From contig JAZKBU010000001.1 in NCBI GenBank assembly GCA_040388375.1, positions 272,996 to 336,995 on the forward strand: DNA of 64,000 bases. Direction: 5' to 3'. This document shows positions 40,088 through 49,587 of the stretch, piece after piece; the stretch's first letter is position 1; the number at the start of each line of letters is the position of its first letter. The notes under the pieces are model-generated. The model did no database searches, was not told the DNA's origin, and saw only the letters and a program-made list of their open reading frames with translations. The position numbers were made by a program, and so were the translations under genes. The stretch is from Bacteroidota bacterium. Its GTDB lineage: Bacteria > Bacteroidota > Bacteroidia > UKL13-3.

Positions 40088-41083
40088 ATGAAAGCAGTTA
40101 TTCCTGTTGCAGGAATCGGAACGCGTTTGCGTCCACATACACATACTCAACCAAAGGCATTGATTCCAATTGCGGGTAAGCCTATATTAGCCCATATTGT
40201 CGATAGCCTAATTGATGCCGGTATTAATGATTTTGTATTTATTATTGGTTACTTAGGTGATAAAATTGAAGAGTATATTCAAAAGAATTACCCAAAAATA
40301 ACAGCTAACTTTATTATTCAAACTACGGGTAAAGGAGTAGGACACGCCATTTGGCTTGCCAAAGAAAATATTTTAAAGGACGAAGACGAAATACTGATTG
40401 TTTTTGGAGATACGATAGCGGATGTGGATTTGAAAAAAATAATTGCTGAGCCGTATAATCAATTGGGTATAAAAAAAGTTGACGATCCAAGGCAATTTGG
40501 CGTAGCTGAAGTTAACAAAGAAGGTTTTATTACTAAAATGGTTGAAAAACCGGCCATTCCAAAATCGAATCTGGCTTTGGTTGGTATATATAAAATTAAG
40601 GATAGTAAAGCTTTAATTGAAGCGCTTGATTTTAATATCAGTCAGAAAAGAACTACTCACAATGAATATACTTTAACGGATGCCCTGATGGCTATGATAC
40701 AGGATGGTTTTACCTTTAAAGCATTTGATGTAGCCAATTGGTTTGATTGTGGTAAAAAAGAAATTTTAATTGAAACTAACTCCACTTTATTAAAGCGCCT
40801 TAACTACGATACTAACAAGTATAAATTTAACAATACTATTATTATTCCTCCGGTTTTTATTGGTGAGAATTGTAGTATTAACAATTGTATTATAGGACCT
40901 AATGTATCTATTGGAGAAAATGCTATATTGAATTATGGTATTATTAAAGATAGTATTATTGGACCTTACGCTCAAATTGAATACGCTATATTGGAGCACT
41001 CGCTAATAGGAAACGATGCTTTTCTTTGTGGAAACAAACAAAGCTTAAATATTGGCGACAGTACTGAAATAAACTTCGGATAA
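40088..41083 (+). CDS. Sugar-phosphate nucleotidyltransferase with C-terminal left-handed beta-helix
   Basis: N-terminal NTP-transferase signature MKAVIPVAGIGTRLRP...KALIPIAGKPIL. The C-terminus has hexapeptide repeats (IIGPNVSIGENAILNYGIIKDSIIGPYAQIEYAILEHSLIG). Confidence 0.8.
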   Translation: MKAVIPVAGIGTRLRPHTHTQPKALIPIAGKPILAHIVDSLIDAGINDFVFIIGYLGDKIEEYIQKNYPKITANFIIQTTGKGVGHAIWLAKENILKDEDEILIVFGDTIADVDLKKIIAEPYNQLGIKKVDDPRQFGVAEVNKEGFITKMVEKPAIPKSNLALVGIYKIKDSKALIEALDFNISQKRTTHNEYTLTDALMAMIQDGFTFKAFDVANWFDCGKKEILIETNSTLLKRLNYDTNKYKFNNTIIIPPVFIGENCSINNCIIGPNVSIGENAILNYGIIKDSIIGPYAQIEYAILEHSLIGNDAFLCGNKQSLNIGDSTEINFG

Positions 41084-41086
41084 TAT

Positions 41087-42025
41087 ATGAAACAAAAACT
41101 ACAACTCACTCTCCTACTTTGTGCCATTGCTTTGTTTACCAATGCGCAAAGTTTTATTTACGACTCTCTTTATGTTGCGGGCAGCGATGACCAAGACTCT
41201 TTAATTGTATTGAAATATACAACCTCATCTACCAGTGTTGGCAATAACTTGGCTACTATTAATGTGCCCAAAGGCTTTAAATATTTAGACGGCCCTCAAG
41301 GTAGAACGGTATTGGAATATTTTTGGGGCAATATGCCTGACCCGGATTTAATGGGTTTAATTTTACCTTTAAACTATACACCACTTGACAAGGAATGTTG
41401 GGCTGTAAGTATTAATTACGATAACTCTGGACACGTAGAAGATGATGATGCAAAAGACATTAACTACGATGAGCTATTGGCTGAAATGCAAAAAGACATT
41501 ACTGAAAGTAACAAAGAAAGAATAAGCCAGGGATACCAAGCTGTAACCCTTACTGGCTGGGCAGTTAGTCCTTATTATGATTCTGAAGCTAAAAAATTGC
41601 ATTGGGCTAAAAAAGTAAAATTTGATGGCGACAGTATTGAAACACTTAATTACAACATAAGGGTACTTGGACGTGGCGGTGTTTTACAGTTAAATGTAAT
41701 TGCAGGCATGAACCAATTTGGCCAAGTATACAAACACGTTGATCCATTAATTTCGAGTGTTAGTTTTAATGAAGGCCAACGTTATGAAAACTTTGATAGT
41801 GGTGTAGATAAAGTAGCTGCTTACGGTATTGGTGGATTAATAGCGGGAAAAGTATTGGCTAAGGCAGGCTTTTTTGTATTGTTATTAAAGTTCTGGAAAA
41901 TACTATTGTTAGCAGTAGTAGGTGGTTTTGCTGCTGTTAAAAAATTCTTCTTTAGCAAAAAATCAAATACAACTCCTGAAGACACAACACCGACAACACC
42001 CAATGAGGAAGTAACTCCTTCATAA
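41087..42025 (+). CDS. Hypothetical membrane-anchored secreted protein (possibly DUF2167-like)
   Basis: Signal peptide and a ~250-aa soluble domain. A C-terminal Gly-rich TM anchor (AAYGIGGLIAGKVLAKAGFFVLLL...VVGGFAAV) is followed by a Thr/Pro tail. It starts 4 nt after the nucleotidyltransferase gene. Confidence 0.45.
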   Translation: MKQKLQLTLLLCAIALFTNAQSFIYDSLYVAGSDDQDSLIVLKYTTSSTSVGNNLATINVPKGFKYLDGPQGRTVLEYFWGNMPDPDLMGLILPLNYTPLDKECWAVSINYDNSGHVEDDDAKDINYDELLAEMQKDITESNKERISQGYQAVTLTGWAVSPYYDSEAKKLHWAKKVKFDGDSIETLNYNIRVLGRGGVLQLNVIAGMNQFGQVYKHVDPLISSVSFNEGQRYENFDSGVDKVAAYGIGGLIAGKVLAKAGFFVLLLKFWKILLLAVVGGFAAVKKFFFSKKSNTTPEDTTPTTPNEEVTPS

Positions 42026-42048
42026 TAATTATTACAATTTATACCAAC

Positions 42049-42082
42049 AAAAAAGTCAACTGGTTTCAGTTGACTTTTTTTA
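42049..42082. terminator. Bidirectional rho-independent terminator
   Basis: aaaaaagtcaactg-gttt-cagttgacttttttt, lying between convergent genes. Confidence 0.7.
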
Positions 42083-42099
42083 TTTCTTCAATAAATGAA

Positions 42100-44973
42100 T
42101 TAATGTGCTTCGAGCCAATTTAAACCCACTCCTACTTCTGCTTTTATAGGAACTGATAATTCCATTGCTTTTTCCATTTCTTCTATCACCAATTGCTTTA
42201 GTATTTCTACTTCGTCTTTATGTGCATCAAATAACAACTCATCATGTACTTGTAATACCATTTTTGAATGTTTAATGTTTGATGCCGGGTTTTGCATACG
42301 CTCATGAATGGAAATCATTGCAATTTTTATCATATCGGCTGCACTGCCTTGTATAGGGGCATTGATAGCATTTCGTTCAGCAAAACCACGTACGGTAAAA
42401 TTAGCTGAATTGATATCACGTAAATATCTTCTACGTCCTTTTAAAGTTTCTACATAACCATACTCTTTGGCAAAATTAATGGTGTTGCTCATGTATGTTT
42501 TTATATTAGGGTATTGTTTAAAATATTCTTCAATAATGCTGGCTGCTTCTTTACGCGGAATACCTAAACTCTGGCTTAAACCAAAGGCTGACTGCCCGTA
42601 TATAATTCCAAAATTAACGGCTTTGGCGTTTCTACGTTCTGCACTGGTAACCTCGCTAATTTCTTTGCCATATACTTTTGCTGCGGTGGCTATATGAATA
42701 TCTAAACCTTGTTTAAATGCTTCTATCATGGCTTCTTCTTTTGCCATGGCTGCTATTATACGCAATTCAATTTGCGAGTAATCTGCACTTAACAATACAT
42801 ACTCTTCGCCACGCGGAATAAATGCTTTGCGTATTTCTTTTCCTTTATCAGTACGGATAGGAATATTTTGCAAGTTAGGATTGGTTGATGACAACCTGCC
42901 TGTAGCAGCTACTGCCTGGTTAAATGAGGTATGTACACGGCCTGTTTTTTTGTTAATCAAAGCAGGTAATGCATCTACATAGGTTGATTTTAATTTACTT
43001 AACTGGCGTACGTCTAATATGCAACGAACTATTTCGTGTTCGCTTAATCCTTGTAATACATCTTCGCCTGTTTGGTATTGACCTGTTTTTGTTTTTTTGG
43101 CTTTGGCATCTAAAGCTAAATGTTCAAACAATACTTCGCCTAACTGTTTTGGTGAGGCTATGTTAAAGTTCATACCTGCCAACTCGATAATGCGTTTTTC
43201 TAATAATGCTATATCGGTTTGTAATGTTACTGAATAAGCATTTAAAAATTCTTTATCTATTTTTATTCCTTCACGTTCTACATCACTTAATACGTGTACC
43301 AAAGGAATTTCAATTTCATCAAATAAAGGTTTTGCATTGCTTTCTGCTAGCTGTGGAGCCAGTTTTTCTTTCAATTGAAATGTTATATCGGCATCTTCGG
43401 CAGCGTATTCTTTTATTTTTTCAATGGCTACACTGCGCATATTTAATTGGTTTTTTCCTTTTTTACCAATTAATGTAGTAATGCTTACCGGTTCATAATC
43501 TAAATAAATACCTGCTAAATAATCCATACCGTGGCGCAAATCGGGTTCAATTAAATAATGTGCCAGCATGGTATCAAACAAAGGACCTTTTAGCGTTAAA
43601 TCGTATTGTTTTAAAATGCCTAAATCATATTTTATGTTTTGGCCTATTTTAACAATTTCTTCGCTTTCAAATACGGGTTTAAAAATATGGAGAATGGCTT
43701 TTGCTTCTTCGTAGTTTTCGGGAAACGGAATGTAATAAGCCTCACTGCCTTTTATACTAAATGACAATCCAACAATTTCTGCATCCAAGGTTTCTAATGA
43801 TGATGTTTCGGTATCAAAACAAACTTCTTTTGCCTGTAATAGTACTTGCAACAACTCGTTTTGTTTTTCAGTACTGTCAACCAATATATAGTTGTGGGGG
43901 GTGTTTTCTATATTGTTTCTTACAATTACGGAGTCTTCCTGTAAAACAAAATTTTCACTTTCAACTATAACACTGGTTTCTTCTTTAACTTGTACTGATT
44001 GTGGTGCCGGATTAAACAAATCGAAAGCGGTTGATGCGGCAGCTTGTTTTTTATCAGCTACAACAGTGCTTGCTGTTGAGGCTTGCTGCACATCACCAAA
44101 CAATCTTTTAGCCATTGTTTTAAACTCTAACTCAGCAAACAGTGTTTCGCAAGCTTCTTTATTGGGAGGGTCAAGTATCAATGCTTTTTCGTCAAACTCA
44201 ATAGGCACATTTAAATCTATAGTAGCTAAACGTTTTGAAAGGAATGCTTTTTCTTTATTGTTTTCTACGTTTTCTTTTTGTTTTCCTTTTAGTTCATGCA
44301 CATGTTCGTATAAGCCTTCCATACTGCCGTATTTTTGCACTAAAACTTTGGCTGTTTTTTCGCCAATACCGGGTATGCCGGGTATATTATCAACAGCATC
44401 GCCCCACATACCTAAAATATCAATTACCTGTTTTACATCGGTAATTTCCCAACGCTTTAACACCTCGGGAACGCCCATTATTTCATAATCGTTACCCAAA
44501 CGGGCAGGTTTGTATATAAATATATTTTCACTTACTAATTGACCAAAGTCTTTGTCGGGGGTCATCATATAAGTTTTAAAACCTGCTTGCTCCGCTTTTT
44601 TGGCCAATGTGCCAATAATATCATCTGCTTCGTATCCGTCTAAAATTAATATTGGAATATTTAAAGCTTCGGTTACTTTCATGATAAAAGGCAAAGCGGT
44701 TGATATACCTTCGGGCATTTCGTCTCTATGGGCCTTGTAAGCTTCATATTCAATATGCCTGGCTGTAGGAGCCGAGGTATCAAACGACACACCTATATGG
44801 GTGGGTTTTTCTTTTTTAAGTATATCTAAAACGGTATTGGTATAACCAAATATAGCTGATGTATTAAAGCCTGCGCTGGTAATACGCGGATTTTGACTGA
44901 ATGCAAAATAGGCTCTATACACTAGTGCCATTCCATCTAATAAAAACAATTTTTTTTCCGACATAGTCGTCAA
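42100..44973 (-). CDS. polA: DNA polymerase I
   Basis: Three recognisable domains: a 5'-3' exonuclease N-terminal domain, a 3'-5' exonuclease domain, and a family-A polymerase domain (RRNAKAVNFGIIYGQSAFGLS; LQVHDELLFD). Length 957 aa. Confidence 0.97.
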   Translation of the reverse strand: MTTMSEKKLFLLDGMALVYRAYFAFSQNPRITSAGFNTSAIFGYTNTVLDILKKEKPTHIGVSFDTSAPTARHIEYEAYKAHRDEMPEGISTALPFIMKVTEALNIPILILDGYEADDIIGTLAKKAEQAGFKTYMMTPDKDFGQLVSENIFIYKPARLGNDYEIMGVPEVLKRWEITDVKQVIDILGMWGDAVDNIPGIPGIGEKTAKVLVQKYGSMEGLYEHVHELKGKQKENVENNKEKAFLSKRLATIDLNVPIEFDEKALILDPPNKEACETLFAELEFKTMAKRLFGDVQQASTASTVVADKKQAAASTAFDLFNPAPQSVQVKEETSVIVESENFVLQEDSVIVRNNIENTPHNYILVDSTEKQNELLQVLLQAKEVCFDTETSSLETLDAEIVGLSFSIKGSEAYYIPFPENYEEAKAILHIFKPVFESEEIVKIGQNIKYDLGILKQYDLTLKGPLFDTMLAHYLIEPDLRHGMDYLAGIYLDYEPVSITTLIGKKGKNQLNMRSVAIEKIKEYAAEDADITFQLKEKLAPQLAESNAKPLFDEIEIPLVHVLSDVEREGIKIDKEFLNAYSVTLQTDIALLEKRIIELAGMNFNIASPKQLGEVLFEHLALDAKAKKTKTGQYQTGEDVLQGLSEHEIVRCILDVRQLSKLKSTYVDALPALINKKTGRVHTSFNQAVAATGRLSSTNPNLQNIPIRTDKGKEIRKAFIPRGEEYVLLSADYSQIELRIIAAMAKEEAMIEAFKQGLDIHIATAAKVYGKEISEVTSAERRNAKAVNFGIIYGQSAFGLSQSLGIPRKEAASIIEEYFKQYPNIKTYMSNTINFAKEYGYVETLKGRRRYLRDINSANFTVRGFAERNAINAPIQGSAADMIKIAMISIHERMQNPASNIKHSKMVLQVHDELLFDAHKDEVEILKQLVIEEMEKAMELSVPIKAEVGVGLNWLEAH

Positions 44974-45006
44974 ATGTAAAATAAAGGATTAAATAAATTT
45001 TAGGTA

Positions 45007-46431
45007 TTATTGGTTAATTTTCGGGTTAACCAAATAGGGGTGATAAGGTACTGCAGGTAACTGAAAATAATTGCTTTTATAGCTATTGGTATGCCAGCCT
45101 GCCCACCACGTTGGGCCTAAAAACAAAGTCAAATCGTTACTGTCTATAGGAAAGGTATTTTTATTGTCAGTTAAAAAAATAGTTCTTTCTTTTTGCAATT
45201 TACATTTGGCTAAAATGTATGAATCAATGCCTGTGTTCCAATGGTTAAAAAACAAATCCTGGTTTTCAAAATCGCTATAGCTTGCTATTATTTTAGGATA
45301 AGTTTGTAAAGTCATTACTTCTTCTAATTTTTTTAAGCGCTTAACCGGGTAATTAGCTGCTTTTATAATCTGAACAAATGAAACAATAGCAATCATTAAA
45401 GTAATACTTACCATTATTTTATTCTGGAAATATTCTTTTTGAAAACACAAATAGCTAAAGGGCAAAACAATCATAAATAAACCGGGCATAAATGATTTTT
45501 CCATCATGATATCGGCATCTCCTTTTAAAAAAGTAAGCATAGCTAATAGGGTAAAACCTATAAATGCAAGCAAGCTAAATGCCAACGCCAAAAACCGTTT
45601 ACTTTTTATGCTTATATATACATACACAATGAATAAAATAATACTTGAAAGGTACACGCCCGGCAAACGGGTTTTGAGATACAAAAAGGGATAAAAATCG
45701 CTTAAATGGGTAAATGATTTTAGGTTGGTAAACAAATTTTGGTACTGCTGTACATCGTAACTCTCCTTGTTTGATTGCATCATACGGAAAACAAGTGCCA
45801 TTAAAATAATAGCTATTAAAACCAAGGCCATTGGTAATTTTATTTGCTTGTTTATAAACGTAAATACGGCTACAAAACCAACAGTAAATAATCCTATGGG
45901 ATGTGACACAATAGCTAATATGGCTACTACCAGCAAACTGATGTATGCTATAATTTTAGGATAATTAACCCAAACGGGCGATGCTAATACGGCATATAAA
46001 AATCCTGAAAAAACCAACGCATGGTAGGTTTCGGTAACGGGATGAAAAAAACTAAAAGCTACTCCAATAATTAAACTAAAAGCTATGGCAAAAGCTGCTT
46101 CTTTTACTTTTAAAAATTTATAACAAACCCAGGCTATTAAAAAGTACTCTATTGGAAATATTATTGAATACAGATATACCATAAAATACATGGGTAATCC
46201 TATTTTGGCAGCCAGTATGATGGGTATTTGCGAAATGAAAATACCAAATCTGTTTTCGGGAAAGTAAAAATTTTGGGTATCAAGTATCTGAAAAAAAAAG
46301 TACGAATTATCTATATTCAATATTCTTTCGAAGGCGAACAGAATGGAGCATATAAAATACGTAAAGAATATATACAGAAAAATATGATCGGTTTTTTGAT
46401 TTCTAAAATAAGCAAACATGTTTACTGACAA
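45007..46431 (-). CDS. Polytopic membrane protein with C-terminal soluble domain (GT-C-like architecture, unassigned)
   Basis: About 11 hydrophobic helices over the first ~370 aa, then a ~100-aa hydrophilic C-terminus rich in Trp/Tyr. No catalytic motif was identified. Confidence 0.55.
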   Translation of the reverse strand: MSVNMFAYFRNQKTDHIFLYIFFTYFICSILFAFERILNIDNSYFFFQILDTQNFYFPENRFGIFISQIPIILAAKIGLPMYFMVYLYSIIFPIEYFLIAWVCYKFLKVKEAAFAIAFSLIIGVAFSFFHPVTETYHALVFSGFLYAVLASPVWVNYPKIIAYISLLVVAILAIVSHPIGLFTVGFVAVFTFINKQIKLPMALVLIAIILMALVFRMMQSNKESYDVQQYQNLFTNLKSFTHLSDFYPFLYLKTRLPGVYLSSIILFIVYVYISIKSKRFLALAFSLLAFIGFTLLAMLTFLKGDADIMMEKSFMPGLFMIVLPFSYLCFQKEYFQNKIMVSITLMIAIVSFVQIIKAANYPVKRLKKLEEVMTLQTYPKIIASYSDFENQDLFFNHWNTGIDSYILAKCKLQKERTIFLTDNKNTFPIDSNDLTLFLGPTWWAGWHTNSYKSNYFQLPAVPYHPYLVNPKINQ

Positions 46432-46586
46432 AGGATATTAAGGCGTAAATTTAAAACACCAAAACTAATCAAAAAAAGCTTAGTTTTTTGAGGCTAATAT
46501 TTACCCCCCTTTCCCACTTAAATATTTGATTATTTAGTTTACTCAAAATATTTATATTGCTTACTTTTACCAAAAGCCTTTATTAA

Positions 46587-49574
46587 ATGAAATTTAGATA
46601 CTACTCTTTTTTATGCCTCTTATTATCATTCATTTTCTTATCTATTACGCTATCAGCCCAACAAACACAACCTGTTAACGGACCACGTAATATTAAAAAC
46701 ACCCGTTTTGCATTGGTAAATGCGACCATTTTTGTTGATGCCAATACTAAAATTGAAAATGGTACCATAATTATTAATAAGGGTAAAATTGAAAATATTG
46801 GTAAACAAATAAACATACCTAAGGACGCTGAAATCATTAATGCAAAAGGAAAATTTATTTACCCATCGTTTATAGATTTGTATGCTTCATACGGTATTAA
46901 AACAACCGGAAACTATAACTCAAACCATAATACTAACCAATATGGCTCTAATAAAAATGGTGCGTATGCCTGGAACGATGCTATTAAGGCTGATATAAAT
47001 GCCATTGACTATTTTAGCTATGATGAAAATCAATCAAAACAATTATTAGCTAATGGTTTTGCCGCTACTTTATCGGGTACTCACGATGGTATTCATAGGG
47101 GTTCTGCGGCATTGGTACTAACTACTAAGGCTAATGAAAGTGAGTTAATTATTAACCGCCAAGCAGCTGCGGGGTTTAGCTTTAACAAGGGTTCATCAAG
47201 ACAGGATTACCCGAACTCTTTAATGGGAAGTATTGCTTTGCTAAGGCAAACTTTTAACGATGCCAACTGGTACACTAAACAAACACAAGAGAAGAATTTA
47301 ACTTTACAGGCTTTTAACGATTTAAAAATGGCACCTCAAATATTTGAAGTGGATAATAAATTGTCGGTTTTAAGGGCCAGTAAAATAGCACAAGAGTTTA
47401 ATACTACTTTTATTATAAAGGGTGCGGGTGATGAGTACCAACGTATCAATGAAATTAAGGACACAAAAGCAACGCTTATTATTCCTATTAATTTTCCAAA
47501 GGCTTTTGATGTAGAAGATGTATTTGATGCCAACTTTGTTTCGACTGCTGATTTAAAACATTGGGAAATGGCCCCTGCCAATGCTCATTTACTGGCTCAG
47601 GCTAATATTAACTTTGCTATTACTTCATACGGCTGTAACGATGCCAATGAGTTTTTAAAGAACTTACGTAAAGCGGTGCAATACGGTTTAAGCGAAACGG
47701 CAGCATTAAATGCACTTACCAAAATTCCTGCTCAGTTAATAAAAGCGGATGCTATAATGGGCAGTTTACAAAAAAACATGCTGGCTAATTTCTTTATTAG
47801 CAATAAACCCATTTTTGAAAAAGAGGCTGTTATTTTAGAGCATTGGGTAAAGGGTTACAAAACGGAAATAAATGATGTACCTGAAGTGGATGTAAGGGGT
47901 AATTATACGGTTGCATTAAATGGCTTTGACAATTATGTTTTAAAAATAGATGGCGATATAAGCAAGCCGAATGCTACGCTGTTGGGTTCTGATACTTTAA
48001 AGGCTAGTTTAAGTATGCAAAACAATATGATGAATATGGTTTTTCTGGCAACGAAAAAAGGGACTGAAAATATCAGGATCAACTTTTGGGTTGATAAAAC
48101 GGATAATATCAATGATACCATTCAGGCAAAAAGTTTGAGTGGACAAGCACAATTAAGTGATGGTACTTTGAATGTTTTTAAAGCTATATGGATAGAAAAA
48201 GCCAAAGCCGAAAAGAAAAAACAAGATTCAACACAAGCTATTTCATTGGGCAATATTGTTTATCCTTTTACTGATTACGGCTGGCAAAACCAACCGGTAA
48301 CTGAAACCATTATTTTTAAAAATGCTACGGTTTGGAGCAATGAAAAAGAAGGTATTATACAAGAAACGGATGTGGCTATAAGCAATGGAAAAATAAAAGC
48401 CATTGGCAAGGATTTAATTGTAGCGGGTGCCCGAACAATTGATGCCAAAGGGAAACATTTAACCAACGGCATTATTGACGAACACTCGCATATTGCTATT
48501 TACCGTGGTGTAAATGAATGCTCGCAAGTAGTTACCAGTGAAGTACGTATTGGCGATGTGGTGTATAGTGAAGACATTAATATTTACAGGCAATTGGCAG
48601 GTGGCGTTACTTCTGCACAATTGCTACATGGCTCATGTAATCCTATTGGCGGGCAAAGTGCTTTGATTAAACTACGCTGGGGTGCAGCACCTGAAAAAAT
48701 GAAAATTGAAGGCGCTGATGGTTTTATAAAATTTGCTTTGGGTGAAAATGTAAAACAAAGTAATTGGGGTAGTCCAACTCCGCGTTACCCGCAAACTCGT
48801 ATGGGTGTTGAACAAATACTGTATGATGAATTTATAAAGGCAAAAGAATACGAAAAAGCATTGAAATTAAATACGAATACGCGTAAGGATTTGGAGTTGG
48901 ATGCATTGGTAGAAATATTAAACAAAAAACGTTTTATAAGTTGCCACAGTTATGTACAAAGTGAAATAAATATGCTTATGCACGTGGCGGATAGTATGGG
49001 CTTTAAAGTAAATACATTTACCCATATTTTAGAAGGTTATAAGCTAGCTGACAAAATGAAAGCGCATGGTGTAAATGCCAGTACTTTTGCTGACTGGTGG
49101 GCTTACAAGTATGAGGTAATTGATGCCATTCCGTACAATGCTGCTATTATGCATAAAATGGGTATTAATGTGGCTATAAACAGTGACGATGCTGAAATGG
49201 GCCGCAGGTTAAACCAAGAGGCTGCAAAAATTATAAAATATGGTAATATAAGTGAAGAAGATGCGTGGAAAATGGTAACACTTAACCCGGCCAAAATGCT
49301 TCATTTGGATAATAAATTGGGTAGTATAAAAGTGGGTAAGGATGCTGATTTGGTTTTATGGAGTAATAACCCATTAAGTATTTATGCCAAACCTGAAATG
49401 ACTTTTGTAGATGGTATTTGCTATTATAGTTTAAGCCAGGATGAAGTACAAAGAAAAACTAATCAAACAGAGCGTCAACGTATCATAAACAAAATGATTG
49501 CCGCCAAACAAGCTGGCGAAAAAACGGAACACAGGGTAAGTAGTCTTGATGAAAATTACCACTGCGAAGATTAG
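46587..49574 (+). CDS. Secreted tandem-amidohydrolase-domain protein (995 aa)
   Basis: Signal peptide and two amidohydrolase-fold regions. The second bears the metal-binding HxH context IIDEHSHIAIY and the C-terminal KVGKDADLVLWS motif typical of amidohydrolases. Confidence 0.75.
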   Translation: MKFRYYSFLCLLLSFIFLSITLSAQQTQPVNGPRNIKNTRFALVNATIFVDANTKIENGTIIINKGKIENIGKQINIPKDAEIINAKGKFIYPSFIDLYASYGIKTTGNYNSNHNTNQYGSNKNGAYAWNDAIKADINAIDYFSYDENQSKQLLANGFAATLSGTHDGIHRGSAALVLTTKANESELIINRQAAAGFSFNKGSSRQDYPNSLMGSIALLRQTFNDANWYTKQTQEKNLTLQAFNDLKMAPQIFEVDNKLSVLRASKIAQEFNTTFIIKGAGDEYQRINEIKDTKATLIIPINFPKAFDVEDVFDANFVSTADLKHWEMAPANAHLLAQANINFAITSYGCNDANEFLKNLRKAVQYGLSETAALNALTKIPAQLIKADAIMGSLQKNMLANFFISNKPIFEKEAVILEHWVKGYKTEINDVPEVDVRGNYTVALNGFDNYVLKIDGDISKPNATLLGSDTLKASLSMQNNMMNMVFLATKKGTENIRINFWVDKTDNINDTIQAKSLSGQAQLSDGTLNVFKAIWIEKAKAEKKKQDSTQAISLGNIVYPFTDYGWQNQPVTETIIFKNATVWSNEKEGIIQETDVAISNGKIKAIGKDLIVAGARTIDAKGKHLTNGIIDEHSHIAIYRGVNECSQVVTSEVRIGDVVYSEDINIYRQLAGGVTSAQLLHGSCNPIGGQSALIKLRWGAAPEKMKIEGADGFIKFALGENVKQSNWGSPTPRYPQTRMGVEQILYDEFIKAKEYEKALKLNTNTRKDLELDALVEILNKKRFISCHSYVQSEINMLMHVADSMGFKVNTFTHILEGYKLADKMKAHGVNASTFADWWAYKYEVIDAIPYNAAIMHKMGINVAINSDDAEMGRRLNQEAAKIIKYGNISEEDAWKMVTLNPAKMLHLDNKLGSIKVGKDADLVLWSNNPLSIYAKPEMTFVDGICYYSLSQDEVQRKTNQTERQRIINKMIAAKQAGEKTEHRVSSLDENYHCED

Positions 49575-49587
49575 TTTTTAACCGTTA

